A program made the position numbers and the translations under genes. The notes beneath the pieces were generated by a model, which was not told the origin of the DNA, searched no databases, and saw nothing but the letters and a program-made list of their open reading frames with translations. This document shows, one piece after another, positions 11,691 through 22,054 of a DNA stretch of 64,000 nucleotides. Origin of the DNA: Podarcis filfolensis (lineage: Eukaryota); assembly GCA_964270895.1 (NCBI GenBank), contig OZ185439.1. One strand, written 5' to 3'. The first letter of the stretch is position 1; each line of letters starts with the position of its first letter.

Positions 11691-14288
11691 TTAGACCTGT
11701 TTAGAATTCTCCCTCCAACTCTCTGAATCCTCCTCAGTGGACTGTTTAGGGGGAGGTAGGAGGAGATTTCTAGAAACATATTTCAGTAACTTTGAGGTTC
11801 TCCAGAGCATACAGATAACCACCACCTCTAGTTTCTCAGGGTTCCTCTTTTGACTTCTACCATGTTGGCACTCACTCCTTGTTTGCAATTATAGGGAATG
11901 ATAAGCAGATACTGGGTCAGTCTTGCTTGTTGTTAGCAATTGCATCCACAACAGGTACTGAATCAACGACCTGAGGAGTGGGTGGTTGGAACTTACCGGT
12001 AGCTTTGATGCTAGCCATACCTGCCAAGACAGCTTCCTGCTAGAGTCAGCTGTAAATCAGACTTGAAAAGGGCTTCCTTGATGATGTGAACAATAAACAG
12101 ACCTTCTTTTGCTCTTAACAATGTTGTGATTTTATCAGTGTCCCAAGAACCAAATTGGCATCTCTCTTCTTCCTTGCACAAACTTCAAGACGCAGATTAC
12201 TAATCACTTTTGAAATAGGGGGGGAAAAATCTTATTCCTTAATGCATTTATTAAGTCTACCAGCTACTCAAGCATTAGCAGTTTTCCTTCTCTCTGCCCC
12301 TTCCCACCCTGAGTTGCCAAATAACTGGGAAAAGTTGTCCTGACCTGCTCTTTCGCATTTACAGCAATGAGGCATCAAGATATGGAGGCGAGTGAGTTTA
12401 CTCTTGCAGTGCCTTGCAAACAATTCACGGTCTAAATCGCTATTCCCCAGAGTTGATGTTAACAGATACAAAAAAAGAGAGAAGAAAAAGTGCCACTGGG
12501 CAGCTACTTGAGAATGTGATCGAGGCAGAGAAATGGGCCTTTTTCACCACCCTCACTGCCACAAAGTTATTCCCACCCCCCCACTCATGTTCAGTTGGCT
12601 TCATGGCACGACTTTCACCCCTTGCCCTCTAGCCAATGTCCAACTTGTTTCATCGCCCTTTGTTCACTGATATACCAACGTGCAGAATGGGCTCCACAGC
12701 ACCAGAGAGAGAACTCAGGCCAGGAGTCCATAGGCTTCAGCCTGATCACCTGCTCTATCTACTGGAAAGGGTCACAAGCAGATAAACAACTGTTATATAG
12801 AAGGGCAGAATACAAATAAAACTGCAAGCTCCCTCAACAAGCCGTAATAAACTTCCACAAGGACAATTCCTGGGAGAACAAAATCAAGCCATAATTTAAT
12901 CAGCTGTTTCCTGATCCTCTTTGCCATGGACAAGAATTTTGCCACTGCGATCTGATTTCCTGGAGTTTTATCTCTCAACTCATGTAAAAACTTACTGACC
13001 TACCAGGTAAGGAGAACAGAAAAGGAGCAATGAGCTGGTTATTAATTCCAAAATAAATATTGCAAAAAAGGAGATGACTCACAGCTTCCATTTCATCATC
13101 ATTACATGGAAACACTCTCGAAGCCATTGAAAGGCCCACATCCTGCCCCAATAAAACCTGGGAAGGCAGGAGGGCTTTTAGGGTGGGATCCAGACTTATT
13201 CGTGGTTGGAGAAGGCCCACTGAAATCAGTGGGACATAAGCTCACAATGAGTAACTGAAATACCATTGATTTCAAGCTGCAAATATGAGAAAATCTGGAC
13301 CCAACTTTAATCCATCAAAATAAAATATTAAAACACAATAAATGCAAATAGACTAAAATGTTAAATAAATGCATTTAATATCAAAGGCCAGTGCTTGCAA
13401 GTTTTGTTTTTTAAAAAACCATTTAAGATCTGTATGAAATGTTTTGATTTGAAGATGTCAAAATCAATTAGTTACAAATCTTCATTTCTTTGCTGCCTGG
13501 TGTCTTAAAGGTACAGAGTAGATTTAAGACAAGCACTTATTACTTTCTTGTGTGGCGTCTATCAGTCTGCAGAGCCCTGGGATACTGGGAAGACATGATA
13601 TCCCAGTGATTCTCAGTGCACAGTGGTATAGGTGTAATTACCATCTCAATATATTTTTGACCATTAGGTTGCAATTAACATACCTCTAACTTCCTTCCCA
13701 TTTGATCGCTGCAGTTGAGAAACTGGGTCAGTAGCTGTGGATTGTTACACAAGCTAGAGCTGATTATTTTATGTTTAATAGTCACCTCAGGCTTTCTCTC
13801 TATGAAATATTCAGCGCATCCATGTGTGGCAATGATGTAATTAGATGGCCACAAAGGTAAGGGCAGAACACTTTGGGAAAGTAAAACATTACAGGAAGCA
13901 GCATCGCAGGATGAGTTCCAGGGAGGCCATCATCCAGGGAGGGTGTCACTTGTCCCCTGTTTTCCTAATGGGGCTCCCGTGCCTTTAAGCAGCTAAGCAA
14001 TGGGAAATTTAACTGTGCATTTCCATACTAGGAAAGCCACACCTGTTGAGTTTTTGCCAAACATGCAGCTGTTAAAGGTACAGGCTCTCTGCCAAGAAGA
14101 AGAAAGTTGACAATCCTAATGCAGAGAGGGGCTGATTCTGGATGCAGAGTTCATGTTTGGTTTTGAAGTGGGGGGGTGTATATTTTGGTGAAAGGTTACT
14201 CCACCTTTCAAGGCTGTCTGACAAGCAGTGCTTTCCATGATCTGCAGTGGCAGTGATGCGGAAAGCTTTGCCTGCTGCTACCTCTATT

Positions 14289-14974
14289 GGGACGCGGGTG
14301 GTGCTGTGGTCAAACTGTTGGTTTCTGTTTCCCTCACTGAGCAGCAGCTGGTAGTCACAAGACTATGTTTTCATTCCACAGTTCAGATACTGTTGGATTC
14401 TCACGGAAAAGGGAGACTGGATGTGACGTTCACTGGTTTCCTGTTTCGTTGTTCTGTCGTTCTTTGTTGGGAGTTGCTCTCTGCTCTCACAGAGGCAAGA
14501 TGTACATTTGTGTGTTCTCGGTATAGCTTACAAAAAAAGTTAGCAATGTAGCACTATACCTGCTTCATCCTTTCGTTTGCGGACTGGGATTAAACTCTGC
14601 TGGGCTCAGGTCAAGATGAGCCGTATCAGCTCAAGGGCCGGAGCTGAATAAACTAACATAAACCACTGAGTCTACGCCTTGCCGATCAGAAGGTTGGCGG
14701 TTCGAATCCCTGCAACGGGGTGAGCTCCCGTTGCTCGGTCCCTGCTCCTGCCAACCTAGCAGTTCGAAAGCATGTCAAAGTGCAAGTAGATAAACAGGTA
14801 CCGCTCTGGCGGGAAGGTAAATGGCGTTTCCGTGTGCTGCTCTGGTTCGCCAGAAGCGGCTTAGTCATGCTGGCCACATGACGCCGGCTCCCTCGGCCAA
14901 TAAAGCGAGATGAGCGCTGGAACTCCAGAGTCGTCTACGACTGGACCTAATGGTCAGGGGTCCCTTTACCTTTA
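14289..14974 (+). mobile_element. Sauria SINE interrupted by a solo LTR
   Basis: Head gggacgcgggtggtgctgtgg at 14289-14310. Body resumes at 14659 (taaaccactgag...) and runs to the tail ccctttaccttta. Confidence 0.88.
14316..14658 (+). mobile_element. Short solo LTR (343 bp)
   Basis: TG...CA termini with imperfect 9-bp inverted repeat (tgttggttt / aaactaaca), 5-bp TSD caaac/taaac, and aataaa at 14647-14652. Confidence 0.72.
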
Positions 14975-15524
14975 CTGGCAATACTGCGCAAAATGGACCA
15001 GTGGTCTGACTGAGCATGAGGCTGCTTCCTGTGTTCCCATGCCTCTGTTGAGAATCACAAGTGGGGAGAGCGCTGTTGCACTCATTTCCCGCTTGCTCAT
15101 TTTCCATAGGTATCTGGCTGGCACTGTGAGAACAGGATATTGGACCCCTGGCCTGACACAGCAGGGGTCTCTTTTGTCATGCAGCTGTTAAAGACACAGG
15201 AGACCAGCTTTGGAGCAGGGTGGGACACTGGACCCTATTTATTTTCAAAGTGGCAATTGGGTTATCTACATGCAGACATCAATGAGTGCCAAATGGGAGG
15301 GTGGACTCGGAGGAGGTTTTGGCAACAGGGACAAAACAATACCCTTGCCAAATAATATTGAAGGTTTAGAACCAATTACCTATGGGTGTTACGGGCTCCC
15401 CCTCACTGGAGATCTTTAAATAGAGGTTAGATGGGCATCTGTTGGGAATGCTCAAACTCAGGATTTGAGCAAGGGATTAGGCTACAAACCCCTCACCTCC
15501 CACCCCCCCAGCTCCACAAGGGTC

Positions 15525-15712
15525 ATCTGTGTGGTGTAATGGTTAGAATCATGAGTTATGATCTGGGAGTTCAAATCTCCACTCAGTCATGAAGCTCACT
15601 GGGTGACCTTGGGCCAGTCACAAGTTTCTCAGCCCAACCTACCTCACAGAGTTGTTGTGTGGATAAAATGGGAAGAACCATGTAAACCACCTTGAGGTGG
15701 TATATAAATGTA
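15525..15712 (+). mobile_element. CORE/MIR-like tRNA-derived SINE (Squam2-like)
   Basis: gtggtgtaatggttag head, then gggtgaccttgggccagtcac and ctcagcccaacctacctcacagagttgttgtg core motifs. Confidence 0.6.
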
Positions 15713-15906
15713 ATCAGAGAGTAAGCATACTGCCTTCACAAAGCTGGAGAATATTTCTGGAAGCAGAGATTAGCATGCAGATCAAATTTCTCAGCTAGCC
15801 TGGATGAGACTGAAGATAGGGATGGAAATCTAGCTGAAGAAGCAATTACCCACCCACCCGCTGAGGACAGGAGGAACCCAACACAATGGAGACTCTTCAT
15901 GGGCGA

Positions 15907-16072
15907 CATAGGAGCCAACTCCTAGGGGCTGAGGTCCCTTTGCCCCCTCATAAAATACTTGAGGGCTCCCTCAAAGTTGATAGGCATTGCCATTCAATTG
16001 GTGTGCATGCACAGCATCTTGTGATCGATTATGTGGGACAGGGTTTACCTGGTGCCCAAGCTGGCACTCCTG
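15907..16072. mobile_element. hAT MITE
   Basis: Imperfect TIRs cataggagccaact / agctggcactcctg. 8-bp TSD atgggcga / atgggcca (7/8 match). Confidence 0.7.
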
Positions 16073-17186
16073 ATGGGCCATCATTCAATGTGAAATTACC
16101 CAGGCCAAAAGGCACACTAAGCAAACATATGACAAAAAATCTTAAGTGTTCTGGAGCTTGTGATAGCCTTTTTACTGCATGCATGTTTGTGTATAAAATT
16201 GTTTCATTATTTTTTAAAACAAAAAAACCTGAAAGTTAATTTTCTAAACCTTTTGACAGTTTTCTGTAAGTAAAAGGTTAAAGGCTGAGGTCCCAAGAGA
16301 ATAGCTGTGTAGGCTGAGCCCACCCTTTGAAATAATTAGGAAGGTTGGACCCACCTAGACCCCTCCTGAATTCCACTCCTTGCAATTGCTGTCTTAAGCA
16401 GGGAGACAAGTCAACACAGGCCCAAATCCCCTTCAGTACAGCTAAGCCTTCCATAATACAGATGACCTCTCTGGCACACCCCATTGGGAAGAATGTATTC
16501 TGTTTCTGTATGTAATCCATTCCATTGCCCCCGCCTCAAAAATGGCGAAACCAACTGCCTACTAATCACTGTAACTGTATTATATGCGTCTGACATAGTT
16601 TTCTAAGGTGTCTCAAGTCAAGTTTTCCCGTCTGGCATAAATTCCATTTACCGTAGTGATGACATAACAGAGGAGCTCTCTTATTCCCAATCTTGAGGCA
16701 CACCCCGTAGCTAGAGAGAGAAGAATGCAGCCGGCTACGTTCGAATCACAGCCGCAGCATTCCTGAGGCACCTTTATGAGCTTCTGTCTCATGATGAAAC
16801 AGGAAGGATGAGTTTCAGCTAAAGCAGGCAATGACTGTGCAGTGATTATATGAAATGGAGACTATTGATCCATCTCCCATCGTGTGCAATTCTGGTTTTG
16901 CTGGGAGAAATGGAAGCATCTCCAGCTACAGGGTCATCTTCAAGGGGGGATGTTTGCTGCAGTCTAAACAGGAGTCCAGAGGGTGTGGGTGTGGGACTGG
17001 AGATGACAGCACATCCCCACAGATTTTTCAACAAGTAGGTGGTGGCTCCTGGCCAAGAGGATTCGGTGTAGGCCGTAGGAAAATGACATAACTTCTTGTA
17101 TGGCTTTGAGTTCCCATTGCATTTTCTCAAATTCCACAGCTGTGAAGAATTACAGTCATCCCCAGCCACAACCATTTGGATTAGGG

Positions 17187-17397
17187 CAGTGGTGTCCAAA
17201 CTTTTTTCAAAGAGGGCCAGATTTGATGAAGTGAAGGGCCGTGAGGGCCAACCAAAGTTGTTGACCTTTATTTAGGATTGAAGTTGTTTGAAGTTGTTGA
17301 GGTTTTTTTAGGGTTGGAGTTGTTGAGGGTTTTTTGGGATTTTACCCCAGGAAATAAACTGTCACAGGGGCTGGATTAAACCAACCAGCGGGGCCCC
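17187..17397. mobile_element. hAT/Charlie-like MITE remnant
   Basis: Starts cagtggtgtccaaacttttt and contains short internal gttgttga repeats. Right end and TSD not resolved. Confidence 0.45.
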
Positions 17398-17502
17398 CAT
17401 CTCTCACTCTTCTTCCATTTCAATGTGAAAAGCAGAGTCCTCAAGGATTTTTCTGACCACTGGAAAAGGTGCAGTTTGGTGCTAGGAGACCTCATGCCTG
17501 TG

Positions 17503-17664
17503 CATGCCCTCCAATACCCCACAGAGGAAAATCGGGACATGGTTTTTTTCAGAGCCATGCTCTCATGCAAGGCAAAATAGGACATCCCAGGATCCAGTCA
17601 GAAGCTGGGATGCCTTCCATAATTCTGGGATGTCCCGCTCAAAGCAGGACAGTCAACAGGTATG
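17503..17664. mobile_element. Short non-autonomous DNA-transposon-like repeat
   Basis: catgccctcc...ggtatg ends, internal gggaca motifs, and a 7-bp direct repeat gcctgtg on both sides. Related to 37649-37765. Confidence 0.5.
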
Positions 17665-19414
17665 GCCTGTGGCATTTTTACTTCTGTGTTGACAACAGCA
17701 GTGACACAGTACGAACCTAAGAGGAATCCCGCTGGCTCAGACCAAGGATTCACCAAGGATTCAGTCCAGCATCCTCTTTCCCACTGGGAAGCTCGAGCCA
17801 AATAGCCCTCTCAAAGTGCCACTCCCCAGCAACTGGTACTACAAATGTGCCACAACCACAAACATGTGTCCTCTAGCCATGCACATGCATGCACACCCAC
17901 TTCAATGCCTCCTCATCAGCATTTAGGCTTCAAAAAGGGGTTTTCACACTCTTCAGGCCTAATTATTGGGTGGGAGTGGGGAGTGAACTTTACGAAGAGT
18001 GCATCTGGGAAGCCTAATTTCAGCAGGAGATGGATGAGAGGGCATCAGGGTTTTGTGGACATATGTGCGCCGCCAGCAGATGCCACAAAGGTGACCCATG
18101 ACCAATTCTGTATTAAAACAGAAAGACCAGGTGCAATTCTCCTGTGTCCATTTTACTTAGAGATCTTTCGATAAACACTGTGGGGAAAATAACAGCCTTT
18201 CTGATTGCTCCTCTTTAGTAATTTCACTCTCTTGCTGGGAGATGGAGAATTTCCCTCTGCTTAGCTAGGGCACTTTGCTAGCTGTTCCCGCTGTGGGACC
18301 AAAGGGAGGGGGAATTGTCTTTCCTATCTGCACTCAGGAAAGGTACAAGCCAGCTGTGAACAGTGACACACATCACGGATGAAGTGAAGGCCTTGCACAG
18401 ACACAGCAGCAGGTTGCTTCTTGAGCTCCCCCACCCCCACCTCCTGCTTGCCTGCGTGAATGAGTCATCTCACTCTTCAATTGCTTCTGCACTACCTGCT
18501 TCTTTCAGAACTGGCACCGGAAACTTATTCTGCGCAAACCAGGTGATGTCACTTCCAAACCATTCCACGTTTGTGTGTTTTTCACATCCTTATCCCCTCC
18601 CCAACCCCAAATCATCATTTGTAGCATTAAGACAAATAAGAAATCTTTGCATGCAAATCTTTGCATGTTATTTCCCTGTCCCTGGTGCAGTGCAATACAG
18701 TAGTAGCCCTATCTCTGTGGTTGGGTGCCAATGGAGCGCCAGTAACTTTTGAAGAAGTGAATCACCTTGAACACGGAAGTCCACACAATCTGCCCATCTG
18801 AGACTGTTATTCAGCAGAATGGACAGCAATATGGGGTGGGAGGCAGCAACTTTCCCCAAATGGTTAGAGATGAATTGGACCGCATTTCAGCCTTGGAATG
18901 ACTCCATGCGATCTCAGCGAGTGATAGCCCTGAGCCTGAAGGGGGTTCAAAATGCAAATGTCAGCATGCCTCCCAGGCCCAAGCTCACATTAAACTGAGT
19001 GCATATCTTCCAGTGTTTGAGAATAATTAGACACGTCTCCATTTTGGCCCCCAGTATACTCATTTGCTCCTGAATCTGACACAAATATTTCATTTCAATT
19101 TTCTCCCACCTCCCCAATGCATACATTCCAGGAAAGTGAGAGCTCTAGAAGGTCAAGCATCTGCTCTAGTGGCAACAAAAAATGTCTCTCACATATAGTT
19201 CTCTACAGCCACAGCAGGCGCTGTAACTCTCCAACAGTTTGACACACACTTCCATTGCCTCCCAAGACAGATAGATGCCAACCAACATGTGCTAATAACA
19301 GAGCCTTATCAGTGGGTCCACCTCACCTCTTACTGCCCCAGATACACCTTTGGGTCTGGCTAACATACCATTTCTAATAAAACGCTAGCATTTATTAACC
19401 CCAAGCCTTTAGCA

Positions 19415-19700
19415 CCCACAGGGCAGGACTGGAATGGATAGGTAGAAATTACAAGGAAGCAGATTTTGCCTAAATAGGAGATGAAGTTTCCAAACAGTTA
19501 AGAACTGTTCAGCAGTACAACAGACTGCCTTGGGAGGTGGTGGGCTCTCCTTCCCTAGAGGTACTATTTGAGCAAAGGCTGGACAGTCATCTGTCAAGGA
19601 AGCCCTGCTCACATCCTGTACTATAGATCCTGCACTGCACAGGAAGTCTAGATAGCCTCTGCTGATTCATGATTCTTTATTTCACCCCTGCCTTCTTTAC
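19415..19700 (+). mobile_element. CR1 LINE 3' remnant
   Basis: aaattacaaggaagcagatttt...gactgccttgggaggtggtgggctctccttcc...aggctggacagtcatctg matches the CR1 ORF2 end and 3'UTR pattern. Confidence 0.65.
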
Positions 19701-19848
19701 TGCCCATGCAGGAGGCAACTGGAAAGACTGTATTTCTTTACCGGCTGTACAGAATGTCTAATGTGCATGACATGGGAAGCACAGCAAGGGGCTAAAACAA
19801 TGAGGGACACAAGGTCAAACCACCTCAGTCCACACGTACATACAAAAC

Positions 19849-19982
19849 CAGGCTTCCTCATACTCAGCCCTCCAGATGTTTTGAGACTACAGTTCCCATC
19901 ATCCCTGACCACTGGTCCTGCTAGCTAGGGATCATGGGAGTTGTACATCAGAAACATCTGAAGGGCCATTTGAGGAAGCCTG
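19849..19982. mobile_element. Palindromic hAT MITE
   Basis: TIRs caggcttcctca / tgaggaagcctg, perfect 8-bp TSD tacaaaac (19841-19848, 19983-19990), and an internal hairpin. Confidence 0.88.
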
Positions 19983-22054
19983 TACAAAACTAATAGCCAA
20001 GTAAGGTGTAAATCCAATTTCCCTCCACACTCCTATTGGAGCTTCAAGTGCACATTGGTGCTACAAATATACATGATTTTGAACTGGCCTGCCACATCAA
20101 CTAACAAAATATTAAACAAGTCACTGTTGAGTGTGCTTTACCAATAGCAATGCAACCGAAGAAATGGACAGGTAATGGAAATGGTTGCTAATATCAATCA
20201 AATATCCTTCCAAATATCAATGAGAGGTGGAGGGTGTTTCGGTTTCCAGCTGAGAGCTGCTGGAAGCATCTTGGTATGTGGCATTCTCTTAATATTTTCA
20301 TCAGAACAAGGATTTGGATTAATGTTTGAATCAACACTGAACATTTCCACAAGGCATGACTCACATCTAACCACGGGGTAGATGCAAGTTAAGCTGGGAA
20401 ACATTTTGAGGTGAGTCCAAGATTTTGCACTGTTGCCAGCTTGAGGGGTGGCTGAAATGTATAAAAAACACACACGTTGCCTTTAAAAACCAAGCAATTT
20501 CAAACATACCGAACCCCTTTTAATAAAAATGTAAGTTACTCCGGGAAGTACTTCAAGGAAATATTCATGATCTCCCACCCTCTTCGACCAGAAATATGAG
20601 AAATTGGATTTCTAAGCAGAGGTTCACATGGCTTATGACAGTCTGAATAAGACCCTCAGGAAATAGCACAACTCTGGCCTAAAGAAACAAAGGTCCAATT
20701 CTTATGACCAAGCAGTCACATGGAGGCCGATCTGTATGGAAAATCATTCATGTGCAGCCACAAACATCTTGTAAATGTGGGTGTGCGGTGGCATGGTGAA
20801 AATCGGAGAATCGGCATGATGAGTGGCTACACATGAATGGCTCACCCTACAAAAAAAGATAACAAAGAGGCCCTCTATACATTATAGCCGTGGTGGGAGA
20901 GAGGCTGCATCCCATGGTGCTGCTGTCATGCTTAAAGGGCCAACACCATATGGGTGGAGCCAGTCAGACAAGTTCTTCCCATGTAATCATCAACCCAACT
21001 GGGACTGGGTGGAAAGCACCCCCACACCATTGGTTCATTCAACAGTACACAGGCCTGGCACCAGCACACGGCATACTGGGGAAAATACTGGGTCACTGGC
21101 ACTGCTCCTAGGCTTTCGCTGCTACTGCAGCTGATGTGGCTCATCTGAGTGGTGGCAGGGATTGAGAGGATGGCAGTTGCAGTGTGTGTAATCTCACAGG
21201 AGACACCATCCCAGATACAGTGGCCCTGCTCCTGGCCCCACTCCCAACAAAGCTGCAGCAAGGGCTTGAGAGGGAGCACTGAGCAGGGCTTCTGGCCTAA
21301 TGTGAAGCTGGAGACCTTCCCAGAAAGCATATGCAATAGCAAGATTATGTTGTTATATCACTAGACGATTCTGATTGGCTACATGGGCTCTGCATATTAG
21401 AATGCCTAAGCAAACATGAATGGCTTTCTCATGCAAAGAGAGAGCCACAGTGCCAAATCGGCAATAACTCAGGAATATCTCTCTCTTTCCCCCCCCCCCT
21501 TTTTTTGAGTGTAATTGTGTCCATTTATTTCTTTATTGCTGTCTTGTCAGAAGGCTTTTTTAAAAAAGAGGAAGAAAGAGATGAAGTAACAAAAACAGCT
21601 GTGTGGTTAAAATTTCCACTCGTGGAACCCTCCAGATTCCCATTAGGCCAATCAGCTTTGTTTAAAATAAGAAAGAAAACCAGACAAAAGTTTCCTGTAG
21701 TGATGCTCTTTTTTATATCTATGTCTATATCCGTCTGAAGAGATAAGGGAACAAATTAGTTTAAAAGAATAAGCTGGCAGTGGGTTAAAGTAATGGCCCT
21801 GCAGTGTTGGTTAAGAAAGTACATGACCCTAAAATACACCCTGTCATCAATCAATCAAACCAACTTTCAGGCAGATACAACATAGAAGGTAGTTCAGTTG
21901 CTCCAGGGACAATGACAAGAGCCTGCCCGATGGTGAATACTCTTCTCCCATGCCACTCTTACACAAAAGCAGTTTAAAAATCCATGTTGTGATAACTAGG
22001 CCTCAGAGAGAAAGGGAGGAGGGGGAGACTGCAGAGGCCTTCCTTGGAATGGGC

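Noticed and set aside
17240-17340. CRISPR-like or satellite array (gttgttga repeats)
   Set aside because: Irregular short internal repeats of a MITE, with no constant repeat-spacer structure, in a eukaryotic context.
18505-18560. ETS/NRF1/CRE-like motif cluster or a 34-nt exon (NWHRKLILRKP)
   Set aside because: Short motifs expected by chance, a weak donor (gtgatg), and no other support.
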